From contig CP070751.1 of the NCBI GenBank assembly GCA_020348445.1, positions 32,001 through 96,000 of the forward strand: a stretch of DNA of 64,000 bases, given 5' to 3'. This document shows, in pieces, positions 38,048 to 48,500 of this stretch. This stretch comes from Thermoplasmata archaeon (GTDB taxonomy: Archaea; Thermoplasmatota; Thermoplasmata; GCA-020350865). The position numbers and the translations under genes are program-made. The first letter of the stretch is position 1; each line of letters starts with the position of its first letter. The notes beneath the pieces are model-generated. The model searched no databases, was not told the DNA's origin, and saw nothing but the letters and a program-made list of their open reading frames with translations.

Positions 38048-38246
38048 ATACATCTAGCAAATGCAGTTTTTTTATTTGGTCTGTTTATCTTCTTTATCCT
38101 GTATCTTAGGCCCTCGACTTCCAAGGCTTAACTCCAAAACATCTTCTGAAAGTCTAATCCTTTCACCCGCATCAGGCACACCCAAAAATATATAATACCT
38201 ATTTAACATCATATGGCCAGAATAAATGCAGAAAATTTGAATTTCG

Positions 38247-38483
38247 GTGGTTACAATGCGAGAAAAAATCGAGAAGATAATTGATGAGCAAATCAGGCCC
38301 GGACTGCAGATGGACGGCGGGGACATAGAGCTTGTTGATGTTGATTCGGACGGTACAGTCAAGGTGCGTCTTATGGGAGCCTGCGGCGGATGCCCAATGT
38401 CCCAGATAACGCTCACCATGGGGGTTGAGAGAAAGCTAAAAGAGGAGATCCCCGAGGTAAAGGCCGTGGTTGCAGTTCCGTGA
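38247..38483 (+). CDS. NifU/Nfu C-terminal-domain Fe-S carrier
   Basis: IRPGLQMDGGDIELV..GACGGCPMSQITL..GVE. The start may be ATG 38256. Confidence 0.92.
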   Translation: MVTMREKIEKIIDEQIRPGLQMDGGDIELVDVDSDGTVKVRLMGACGGCPMSQITLTMGVERKLKEEIPEVKAVVAVP

Positions 38484-38490
38484 TCCTTTA

Positions 38491-38520
38491 ATTTGGTTTT
38501 CTTTTTTTAAAAAAAAAAAC
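38491..38520 (+). terminator. Candidate T-rich terminator after the nfu gene
   Basis: TTTGGTTTTCTTTTTTT followed by an A run. Confidence 0.35.
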
Positions 38521-38665
38521 ACTAAGGATGGGAAAATAGCGGGTTAAATTATCGGCCAATACCCCGATTTAACCCAAAATTTAAATGATATTAACACCTT
38601 TTCAGTAATAGAGCAAGGCAATTCACACAAGCAATTGCAATCGAGCGAAGTCGAGGATGAGTAAC

Positions 38666-38791
38666 ATGACAACCATATTTCCATCGTGTCCACAGTGCAG
38701 TGAGGGAGTGCTTCTGCCCTTTTCAAGGGGCCAAGACCTGTTCGAACTCTGGAAATGCAGCAAATGTGGGCATACAATCTATAAGAAGTAA
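38666..38791 (+). CDS. 41-aa CPxC zinc-ribbon microprotein (not in ORF track)
   Basis: Hand translation: MTTIFPSCPQCSEGVLLPFSRGQDLFELWKCSKCGHTIYKK*. GAGGA RBS upstream. Confidence 0.7.
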   Translation: MTTIFPSCPQCSEGVLLPFSRGQDLFELWKCSKCGHTIYKK

Positions 38792-39348
38792 CGATGTTCC
38801 TGCAATACCTGTTCGCAATTCTATGCCCTTGTAGTGATTGGGTTGGTGGTGGCAGTAACTTCAACTTACTTTATAGCTCCAAAGCTGGTAATAAATAGCC
38901 CGTGATTCTGAATGCCAATTTATTAGATTTTGATCTTGATTAGCTATTTTTATTTCTGGGTGGGAGTCCTGAGGCTTAAGATATAATTATTTCATAGCAT
39001 AACCGAAGGACAAAGTGGTCTATAAATAAATCGTTTAATAGATGGAATAGACCACGACGGTGGGGGCTAGGAGGAGGGGTGAGATGGAGAAGGTAAGTAA
39101 AAGAGGATTAGATGGATAGAGGGAAGAAGAGGAGAGGTAACGCGGAGGAGATAAGGTTAAGGAGGGCAATCTAAAGGACCTTAATCACACTGTTTTTTTA
39201 TTGTGGGTGGGAGGCGGGGGAAAGGTGGTGGGGCAAAGAGGAAGAGATAAGGTGGAGGATTTAAGGTGGAGAGCCTAATTTGACATCCAAATAAAATCTT
39301 CAAAAAAATCGATAGGCTGATAAAGAAAGGAAACAATATACGATTCAC

Positions 39349-40383
39349 ATGTTCCTGAAACTCCATCTTGCTGATCTAGAAGGTGCCAAGAAGGTCATGC
39401 CCAGGTATTTTAGAATACTGGATGGCGAGGAGGTGGCCTCCTTTCTCAAATCCAAAAGATACCCTATCGCCATTGACTTTGGTTCTCCCGAGGATGTCCT
39501 TTGGGAGGAGCACGATAAGATAATAAAGAGCCAGGGGAGGGCCTCCGAATTAACTGAAAATCCACAATCATCCTTACTTGATCTCAAACTAAAACTCTCA
39601 AGACATATGCTGGCATCCTGTGATTTATGCGAGAGAAGATGCGAAGCAAACAGGTTGAAGGGAAAGAAAGGGCACTGCGGTGTTCTTCAATCGAAAATCT
39701 CCTCTGAATTCGTACATTGGGGAGAGGAGCCCGAGCTTGTCCCCTCCCATACAATATTCTTCTCAGGCTGCACTTTCAACTGCGTGTTCTGCCAGAACTG
39801 GGACATAAGCCAGAATCCAAAGGGCGGTAATGTGATGTCACCCCGCAGGGTTGCCGAGATAATTGAAAGGCGCAGCGAGACAACAAAAAACACGAACTGG
39901 GTGGGAGGCGATCCCACATCCAACTTGCCCTTTATTCTCGAATGTCTCACCTACAGCAATGTCAACACACCCCAGGTCTGGAACTCCAATATGTACGTCA
40001 CAGAAAAGACCATGAGATTGCTTGACGGCATAATAGATGTATATCTTACCGACTTCAAATACGGCAATGATGAATGCGCCAAGAGGCTCTCCAATGCAAC
40101 CAATTACTGGGAGATAGTCACAAGAAACCATAAGATGGCTAGGGCACAGTGCGAGATGATAATAAGGCATCTTGTTCTTCCCGGTCATTTTAAATGCTGC
40201 ACAAAACCTATTCTTACCTGGATTTCCGAGAACCTCAAAAATGTCAGGGTAAATGTAATGGACCAGTACCGACCCGAATATAATGCTTATGAACACGAGG
40301 AACTGACAAGGAAGCTGCATAAGAACGAGTTCGCAGCGGCGTTTGACCTGGCCCAGGATCTTGGACTCAGCATCACAGATTGA
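39349..40383 (+). CDS. pflX: Radical SAM protein, PflX-like
   Basis: CDLCERRC..R, GEEPELVPS.TIFFSGCTFNCVFCQN, NWVGGDP, DFKYGN, RHLVLPGH and MDQYRP. Confidence 0.88.
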   Translation: MFLKLHLADLEGAKKVMPRYFRILDGEEVASFLKSKRYPIAIDFGSPEDVLWEEHDKIIKSQGRASELTENPQSSLLDLKLKLSRHMLASCDLCERRCEANRLKGKKGHCGVLQSKISSEFVHWGEEPELVPSHTIFFSGCTFNCVFCQNWDISQNPKGGNVMSPRRVAEIIERRSETTKNTNWVGGDPTSNLPFILECLTYSNVNTPQVWNSNMYVTEKTMRLLDGIIDVYLTDFKYGNDECAKRLSNATNYWEIVTRNHKMARAQCEMIIRHLVLPGHFKCCTKPILTWISENLKNVRVNVMDQYRPEYNAYEHEELTRKLHKNEFAAAFDLAQDLGLSITD

Positions 40384-40468
40384 TTTTTTTCTGTTTTATT
40401 AAAATTAGACATATATGATATTAAAAACAACATATTTAAATACCAATAAAAATCTTCAAAATTCGAAG

Positions 40469-40966
40469 ATGAACATGGCAAAGATATCTGGTTTTTCAGT
40501 TGAAGAGGGCAAGATACCCAAGCTGTCTTTGAGAGACTGGGTCCTGGCGATAATCCAGGATAAAGAGAAAAGAAAGAACAAGGATGCCATCTTCATAATG
40601 AACGAGGTTTTTATTTTTGTAAACGAAGTTGTACCGTCATTAAAATCTGAATTTGATTTCAAGAGCGCGTGGTGCGGTCCGTACAGCGAAAAGGTGGTAA
40701 AGAGTTTAGAGCATTTTATTGATGCAAAGGTCCTTGAGGTAAAGGAGAGCAAATCCACGGCAATAGGTTTTACCTATGAATTGACAGAGAGCGGTGCCAA
40801 GAAGGCATCCGAGATTACGTCAAAGCTTCCTGCTTCACTGAGGGACAAGATAGAGTTTTTAAAGACAGCGGTATCGCATATGGGCCCCACTGGAATGTTC
40901 CAGTACATATACTCGATATATCCTGAGTATGTGTTTCTGAGGGAGGGAGGAGAGAACATTGTATGA
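40469..40966 (+). CDS. Winged-helix protein resembling the YwgA/Panacea (DUF4065)-like family
   Basis: FDF...GPYSE..V...L and YELTESG wHTH pattern. Start placed at ATG 40469 or 40475. Confidence 0.5.
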   Translation: MNMAKISGFSVEEGKIPKLSLRDWVLAIIQDKEKRKNKDAIFIMNEVFIFVNEVVPSLKSEFDFKSAWCGPYSEKVVKSLEHFIDAKVLEVKESKSTAIGFTYELTESGAKKASEITSKLPASLRDKIEFLKTAVSHMGPTGMFQYIYSIYPEYVFLREGGENIV

Positions 40967-41540
40967 CAGCATAATATGGATAGGGGTTATTATCTTCATA
41001 GCCTTGATTATCGCCTCCGTACTTTTTTATTTCCAGAATGAAAAATTCGATACAAAGTACAAGAAGAACATCGAGATCATAAGGGCTATCAAGGCCCAGA
41101 AGTTAAAGGATTTTGGTATGAAGTACTTTGAGGAGGAGGCTCTTGAGGTTAAAGCCAAATCAAAAAAGGAAGTTCCAAGTGGTGAGGACTTCAAGGACCT
41201 GGGAAAGAAGGCGCTTCGCTCTGGAAAGAACCTCAACAGGCTAACCAAGAAGGCAGCTGATCTGAAGATGTGGTATGATTACCAGCCCAGGGCAAAGGAT
41301 TTTTTGGTGAGTGCGGCCTTGTGGACTTTTCTTCTCGGTCTGATCTCCCTGGTGATCTGCCTCTCTATCTGGGCCGAGTTGAACAACGCGGGGGAGATAC
41401 GCTACTCAGGCTACCTGAGTTTTATCTGGATAATCATGGCAATTAATTTATTCAAGAATATTCTGAGGTATAACATAGTGACTACGAACATCAATAAACA
41501 CATGGATATGATAAGAGAGGGGGATGTGGAGAAGTTCTAA
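40959..41540 (+). CDS. Hypothetical membrane protein (N-terminal TM, charged coil, two C-terminal TM)
   Basis: Hydropathy pattern. TTG start overlaps the upstream stop and has a strong GGAGGGAGG RBS. Confidence 0.7.
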   Translation: MYDSIIWIGVIIFIALIIASVLFYFQNEKFDTKYKKNIEIIRAIKAQKLKDFGMKYFEEEALEVKAKSKKEVPSGEDFKDLGKKALRSGKNLNRLTKKAADLKMWYDYQPRAKDFLVSAALWTFLLGLISLVICLSIWAELNNAGEIRYSGYLSFIWIIMAINLFKNILRYNIVTTNINKHMDMIREGDVEKF

Positions 41541-41593
41541 GAAATGGATTAAGGGGATTAGGCTAATTCTCTTTTTGTGGTCTTGTTCTTTTT

Positions 41594-44500
41594 TTATAAT
41601 AACTCAGTATCTTCCTCGGAAACATCTTCTTTTACTTCACCTACATCTTGTTCCTCAGATATTGGCTCAGTGATGTCCCCCTCTGTTGTGATCTCCTCTT
41701 TACCTTCCAATGTTTTCAATTCCATTAAGTAGTCGTCTATCCTTTTATCTAAAATCAGAAAATGGTTTTCCTCGATCTTGCCCCTGTGAACGTCCTTTTT
41801 GATGTCATTTCTCAGGATGATTAATTCTTCCTCACAGGTCTTGGGATCATCCTTGTATTCATCGAAGGTGTCTTCTACCCTTTCCATATACCGCCTGAGC
41901 TTACCCCGCTTTCTTCTTATAGTCAGGAACCCAATAAGAAATACTATAATTGAAGCTAGGACCGTTAGGCCAGTAACTATTGGTTCCATGGTCTCCCAGC
42001 TAAATAATCCCTTCTCTTCGGGGGCTTTCTCGGTGATAAATTCAATATTATAATTCTTATCGAGTTTTCTTCCGCCGATTTCTGAAGTGGCATTTGAGTA
42101 AATTGTAATTACATATTTCGTACCGTATTGCAAGTTTGAGTCGGGAATAAATATAATAGATTTACCTTCCTTAGCAAACATCCCATCAATGGAAGGGGAA
42201 ATTGAAAATGCCTTATCGACACTTGTCTTATCCATGGCTTCGGTGAAATAAATAGTAATTCTTGTTTCAACATCCACATTTGTAGAAGCATCTTCTGGAA
42301 CGGTACTTAAGATTTGAACATTTACCGTACTCGGATCTGAAACAGTGGTAAATTCCCAAGATATTGCTGATTCAAGAGGATTACCAGTAATGTCCGTTGC
42401 ACCAGTGCCAATAGTGACATTATATGTGGTACTATAATCCAAATCAGAATTTGGTCTGAATACGAGTTGATTGCCTATCCAACTAGAAGAACCACCAACG
42501 TCAGGAAGAATTGAAAATGCACTTTGAACCGAAGCTTGATTCATTGGCCCATCAAATGATATCGTTATGGTTGTGTTTACGGCCACATTGTTGCCCATTG
42601 GGGACTTATCGATTACCGTTGGCGATGTTATATCCTGTGTAACTGTGATATCGATATCATTTAATCCGCTGGGCTCCGTACTGATCTGGCCACTTACTCC
42701 GTAATATTTAATGTTGGAAGGATCAACTCCATCTTCTGCTTTGATGTAATATTCAAGTCCATCTGTCGTAACTGCAGTCCCTGGAATTTCCGAATAGTAA
42801 GTATCTCCAATTGGATTCATTTGCTGCATAGTGTAGGTTGATTGGGAAGGTTTTTTGTAATACAAAAATACATTTTTCACACCACTTTCATCTGTCACAT
42901 CGACAGTGATATTGATAGGGATGCCAGATGAGCCGCTTGTTACGGGAGAATGGGTAATAGAAGGTGGAGTGGTATCAGGATCTTGTATAGTGATATCTAT
43001 GTCAGTGAGAGGGGTGGGCTCAGTACCAGTTTGGCCACTGTTGCCGTAATATAAAATATTGTTAGCTTTGTCTGATGCCTTTAAATAATATTCAAGTCCT
43101 GCCGAAGTTGCTGCACTCCCAGGAATTTCTGCGGAATAGGTATTTCCATCGGCAGTCATTTGCTGCTCAGTATAAAGTGATTCACCCGGTTTTTTATAGT
43201 ATAAAAACACATTTTTTACACCACTTACATCATCTGTCACACCCGCGGTGACAGCAATCGGTGTTCCTGATGTTCCACTGGTAACAACATTATGAGTGAT
43301 GGAGGGTGGAGTCGTATCATCTGTTATTGTTATATCGATATCATCTGTCGAGGTGGGCTCTATCTCAACTCCGCCAAACGAACCAAAGTATATGGTAATG
43401 GCTGGGTCGGTTTTATCAGTTGCCTTTATGTAATATTCAAGTCCTTCTGTGGTAACCGCGGTTCCAGGTAATTCTACATAGTAGGTATTTCCGATGGCGT
43501 ACATTTGTCGTTCGGTATAAGTTGATTCAGTGGGTTTTTTACAATAGAGATATGCCTTATCTATACCACTATGGGCATCCGTAATAACTGCAGTGAAATT
43601 GATTGGAATACCGGTAGCACCGGTTGTAATAGGTGTATGTGAGATGATTGGAGCGGACGTGTCAATATACACATCGACATATCCTTCAATAAGATTTCCA
43701 GCCGTATCAAAAGCTCTTACTGTTATGTTATGAATTCCATCTTCTTGGGAAGGCAATGTATAGGGGCTTGCTTGGGTATAAAAGGAACCATGGTCTATAC
43801 TTACTTTGTAATATTCAACACTGCTTGTCTCATCCGTGGTTGAGAATGAGATCACAGGTTGGGTATCTGTAGTCCAATTACTTGGAGCTGCTATGGGAAT
43901 GAAAGCATTAGGAGGAGTTATATCAATGTACACCTCCACATATTCATCTCGATAATTTCCAGCTTGATCATAGGCCCTGACCGTTATGTTGTGCGTCCCT
44001 TCGGCCTGGGAAGGTAATGTATAAGGACTCATTCGGGTAGTGAAATCACCAGAGTCTATGCTGATATTGTAATAGTCAATACCGCTGAGATCGTCCGTGG
44101 TGAGAAACTCAATTACAGGTTGGGTATTGGATGTCCAGTTACTTGGATCTGCTGTGGGTGTAAAGGAATTTGGGGGTGTGGAATCAAAGATGTAATAGGA
44201 TGCTTCAGGAGGGGTTGATGGATCGGGTGGCTCCTCGTTCTCGGATATGGCTAACCAGCTGTAATAACCGTCCGCGGGTACGGTCCAGGGGTAGATCCCA
44301 TCGGGTGTATTATCGGTATCCATTAAAGTCCATGAATATGGCGCACTTGTATTGAGTGTGTAGTAAATAGTTACATTCGGTGGGGTTCCACTCATATTGT
44401 ATGATATGTTAATGTCCGCCTCATTCACAGGGCCGCCCACTGGACCCGTGGCCATGGTGTATGGAGCTACAGTGAGGCCTGTGTTCCTGAAGTACTCAAC

Positions 44501-45397
44501 AATAGTTACAGCTCTATCATCCCTGGTATATGAGATGTTGAGCTCAGGCCTATAATAATCTGGGGGGACGTCCATGGATACATCAAAATTCCAATTCAAT
44601 TCCAAGTTTCCATCTGCTGAAATGGGCCCTGGATTCGTTGACAGATTGATACCGTCCGAAAAAGTTATGTCTTGAGGTATTCCGCCTAAATTGAGATCGG
44701 CTTCAATATCAGAAATCGAGTAAGGGGCGTGATTTGTCAGTTGAATCTCGCCATCCTGCCAAGTCTCGCCTGCCTCGAAATCCGGGTGAAAATCTGTCTC
44801 ATCGATATCAGGAAGGTCCTCATGCATATCGGTTTCACCAGGGCTATTATCAGGATCGAATATGGAACTCACATAGATATCGAAATAAAAAGACTCGTCT
44901 GCGATAGAGGTGCCTATCGGCTGTTCCATGTTCTCTAGTAATATCCCAAGAGCATCCTCATACAAGAAATTGACATCTCCGCTGTTACCTATGTCAATTG
45001 TAAACTGGAATGTCTCGGATCCAAATGGGAATATTGTATGACCATCATCCTCATCCATATTAGGAGTGAATAGGGGATGGTATGAAACAAGCGTCGCGTC
45101 GCCAACAAAGATATTATCAGTAGAATCAGTATTTTCAAGTGTTAGCCACACATTTACATCCATGTCTCCAAGATGGTAGGCATTACCGTTCATGCTGTCA
45201 AAGTTGATTTGTATCAATTCATCCCAAGGGGGAATTGCTGGGTCATCCTCCATCCAATTATCTTCCCAACGGGCTAATATATCCCCACCTACATTCTCAT
45301 CAGCCATAGCCCTTAAACCTACCATGGCCACAAACGAGCTCACTGACAAGAAAGCTGCCACGCAAATAACAAATAGTATCCTTTTCACACCCGTCAT
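41594..45397 (-). CDS. Large type-I surface glycoprotein with Ig-like modules and the conserved TM/cytoplasmic tail (no propeller repeats)
   Basis: Signal peptide, acidic N-terminal domain, 2 TQP.I.F.TTD modules, 3 ITH.P modules, 2 SbsA/Big_5-like modules, then TM and tail. Start moved to ATG 45397. Confidence 0.85.
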   Translation of the reverse strand: MTGVKRILFVICVAAFLSVSSFVAMVGLRAMADENVGGDILARWEDNWMEDDPAIPPWDELIQINFDSMNGNAYHLGDMDVNVWLTLENTDSTDNIFVGDATLVSYHPLFTPNMDEDDGHTIFPFGSETFQFTIDIGNSGDVNFLYEDALGILLENMEQPIGTSIADESFYFDIYVSSIFDPDNSPGETDMHEDLPDIDETDFHPDFEAGETWQDGEIQLTNHAPYSISDIEADLNLGGIPQDITFSDGINLSTNPGPISADGNLELNWNFDVSMDVPPDYYRPELNISYTRDDRAVTIVEYFRNTGLTVAPYTMATGPVGGPVNEADINISYNMSGTPPNVTIYYTLNTSAPYSWTLMDTDNTPDGIYPWTVPADGYYSWLAISENEEPPDPSTPPEASYYIFDSTPPNSFTPTADPSNWTSNTQPVIEFLTTDDLSGIDYYNISIDSGDFTTRMSPYTLPSQAEGTHNITVRAYDQAGNYRDEYVEVYIDITPPNAFIPIAAPSNWTTDTQPVISFSTTDETSSVEYYKVSIDHGSFYTQASPYTLPSQEDGIHNITVRAFDTAGNLIEGYVDVYIDTSAPIISHTPITTGATGIPINFTAVITDAHSGIDKAYLYCKKPTESTYTERQMYAIGNTYYVELPGTAVTTEGLEYYIKATDKTDPAITIYFGSFGGVEIEPTSTDDIDITITDDTTPPSITHNVVTSGTSGTPIAVTAGVTDDVSGVKNVFLYYKKPGESLYTEQQMTADGNTYSAEIPGSAATSAGLEYYLKASDKANNILYYGNSGQTGTEPTPLTDIDITIQDPDTTPPSITHSPVTSGSSGIPINITVDVTDESGVKNVFLYYKKPSQSTYTMQQMNPIGDTYYSEIPGTAVTTDGLEYYIKAEDGVDPSNIKYYGVSGQISTEPSGLNDIDITVTQDITSPTVIDKSPMGNNVAVNTTITISFDGPMNQASVQSAFSILPDVGGSSSWIGNQLVFRPNSDLDYSTTYNVTIGTGATDITGNPLESAISWEFTTVSDPSTVNVQILSTVPEDASTNVDVETRITIYFTEAMDKTSVDKAFSISPSIDGMFAKEGKSIIFIPDSNLQYGTKYVITIYSNATSEIGGRKLDKNYNIEFITEKAPEEKGLFSWETMEPIVTGLTVLASIIVFLIGFLTIRRKRGKLRRYMERVEDTFDEYKDDPKTCEEELIILRNDIKKDVHRGKIEENHFLILDKRIDDYLMELKTLEGKEEITTEGDITEPISEEQDVGEVKEDVSEEDTELL

Positions 45398-45479
45398 TCC
45401 TATTCCCCCTATCCATTGTGTAGTCACAACTCCAGTTCCATGCAATAGGCCACCTCCTGGAATTGGACCAGGTATTTGA

Positions 45480-45513
45480 ATAATATATGGATATATAAGT
45501 TTATCTTTTTATC
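45480..45513 (-). promoter_or_regulatory. BRE-TATA promoter cassette for the 41594-45397 gene
   Basis: Minus strand AAAAAGATAAA-CTTATATA-TCCATAT, homologous to the three cassettes upstream of its paralogs. Confidence 0.65.
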
Positions 45514-45534
45514 TGGTCTTGGTCTCCCTCAATC

Positions 45535-48500
45535 CTATTCAAATCCCCCACCAAGATCTTCTTCCTCTGAAATTGACTCCTCGGAAACTGGCTCTGTAAT
45601 GTCCTCCTCCAACACCTCCCCTGCCTCCTCTTTTTCCATGGTTTTCAAATCCAATAAGTAGTCGTCTATCCTTTTATCCAATATCAGGAAGTGATTTTCC
45701 TCGATCTTTCCCTTCCTAACATCGACTTTAATGTCTTCCCTAAGAGCAATTAGCTCCTGCTCACAAGCTTGTGGGTCCTTTTTGTATTCGTTGAATGTAT
45801 CTTCTATTCTATCTATATGCTTCTTGAGCTTACCACGCTTTCTTCTTATGGAAAGAAATCCAATCAAGAATACGATAATAGAGGCTAGAACTGTTGCTCC
45901 GGTGATTATGGGTTCCCAAACATCCCAAAAGGATTCCTTATCCTGAACCGCGTCAGCTTCTTTTTCTGTTTGGAATGCTTGATTAAATTCAGTCTCAAGG
46001 TCAATGTTAGCCAAATCTTTCGCACTTGTAGAAATTGTTACAGTATACTCGGTATCATAACTCAAGGGAATATCAGGCTTGAATTTTAAAGTGATCCCAG
46101 CCATTTCAACCCATTCGAATTTACCCTCTACATGCGGGGTGATTGAAAAAGCACTCTGTGTAACATTCATAATCATAGTTTCACTAAATGTAATTGTGAT
46201 AATCGAATCAATAGGCACATCAGAACCATCTGGTGACATATCTAATACCTTGGGAGGTATTGTATCTCTTTCCTGGATTAATATATCGATATCATCTAAA
46301 GTTGATGGTGCTGTTAGAACTCGTCCATTTTTACCGAAGTATATAGTGTTAGATGGTAACGAATTATCTACCGCTTTTATATAGTATTCAATAAAATCTG
46401 TGTCAACTGTTGCAGCAGATATTTCAGCGGAATAGATATTTTCTTGAAGGGTCATTTGAATTGGTGTATATACGACTTCGTTTTGTTTTTTAAAGAAGAG
46501 AGTTACACTTGCAACCCCACTATTTTCGTCAGTAACTGTTGCAGCAATTATTATTGATGTTCCTTTGAGTCCGCTTGTAACAGGTGTATGAGTAATCACA
46601 GGTGGAGTTGTATCAATATATACAACAATGTCTTCTTCGATAAAATTACCAACATTATCGAATGCCCGTATGGTTATATTATGAATGCCATTATCTTGAT
46701 GGGGTAATGTGTACGGACTTGTTTGGATCGAAAAACTTTCACCATCAATACTAATTTCATAATGAGCAATATCGCTAAGATCATCTGTTGTCGAAAATGA
46801 TATTTGTGGTTGGGTATTGGAAGTCCAACCCTCAGAACTAGTGGTAGGAGTAAAACTCTCCGGGCCTGTAGTGTCAATATAGACGAATACATATCCTTCA
46901 ATGTAATTTCCAGCTTTGTCAAATGCCCGGACGGTTATGTTATGGATGCCATCATCTTGTGAAGGTAATATATATGGACTTGTTTGGATTGAAAAACTCT
47001 CACCGTCAATGCTTATCTCATAATGATCTATACCGCTAACAACATCCGTTGTTTCGAATGTAATTGTAGGTTGTGTATTATCGGTCCAGCTACTAGGATT
47101 TGCTATAACAGTTAATGGAGAATCAGGAGGCGAGCTGTCATAATATAAATATGTGGTGTTGTAGCTAGTATAATCTTTATTGTTTATGTCGTCTACCAAC
47201 CATATAAATATTTCATTCGAGCTTTCCAAAGGAACTGGAATACCCATGAGGGAATTTATCCCAGGGTTAGTAATCAATGTTCCATCGGTATTGGATGTAG
47301 GTGGAGAGTTGAACCTATAGTAAGCTCCTGCAATACCCGTTAAATCACTTGGATTCGTCCAGGATATATCGAATGAATTTGTGTTAATCCAATTGCTTGG
47401 TGTTACAGAAACTCCAATAGGGGAATCTGGGGCTGTTGCATCGTAGTAAAGATATGTTGTTGTGTAATTCAAATAATTGACATTACCCGCCTCATCGATT
47501 AACCAGACATAAATTGTATGATTGCCATCACCTGTAACTGTGATACCATTTAAGGAAGTAACGTTTGAACCGGCAACGTATGTCCCATCGGTGTCTGAGG
47601 TCGGAGCAGAATCTAACTTGTAATACGCGCCAGTAATACCTGCCGTATCACTTGGATTGGTCCATGAAATATCGAATGAATTTGTATTATTCCAAGTTGC
47701 AGGATTCGCTGTAAGACCTATGGGTGGATCAGGGTCTGAATTATCATACAATAGATAAATTATCGAGTGATTATTATAATCTTTATTGTCTAAGTTATCG
47801 TTTAACCAGACATAGATAGTATGATTGCCTTCACCACTGACAATGATATTATCAATATATGTGATATCCACACCAGCGACATAAGTGCCATCCGTATCGG
47901 AGGTGGGTGCCGATTTCAATTTATAAAATGCCCCAGCTATTCCCGAGAATTCGCTAGGATTAGTCCATGATACCGTAAATGAATTCGTAGATGTCCAATC
48001 ACCAGGTGTAGCTTTCAAATTTATTGGCGAAGAAGGTGCAAGACCATCATAGAATAGAATTGTTGAACTGTAAGTAGTAAAATTCACATTATTTGCATTA
48101 TCTTTTAACCAGATATAAATCGTATGCACACCTGAATCCAAAACAGATATACCGCTTATGTTGTTTATTTCCTGACCCTGGACGTATATACCATCATCAT
48201 TGGATGTTGGCGCAGAATACAATTTGTAATAAACTCCCGCAATACCCGCGTCATCGACTGGGTTAGTCCAAGATACATTGAACGAATTCATATTAGTCCA
48301 ACTGCTGGGAATTGCAGAAACACCAATCGGGGAATCCGGGTCCGTTGTGTCATAATGAAGATATGTTGTTGTGTAATTCAAATAATTGACATTGCCGGCT
48401 TCATCTTTTAACCAGACGTAAATTGTATGATTGCCATCACCTATAACAGAGATATTACCTAAGAAAGTAATGTCCGAACCTACCACAAATATCCCGTCAG

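Noticed and set aside
38544-38864. 106-aa minus-strand ORF from the track
   Set aside because: It has no motifs or RBS and lies antisense to a more credible plus-strand zinc-ribbon microprotein.
39181-39366. Pro-rich 61-aa minus-strand ORF
   Set aside because: It is a by-product of the G/A-rich low-complexity tract and overlaps the pflX start region.
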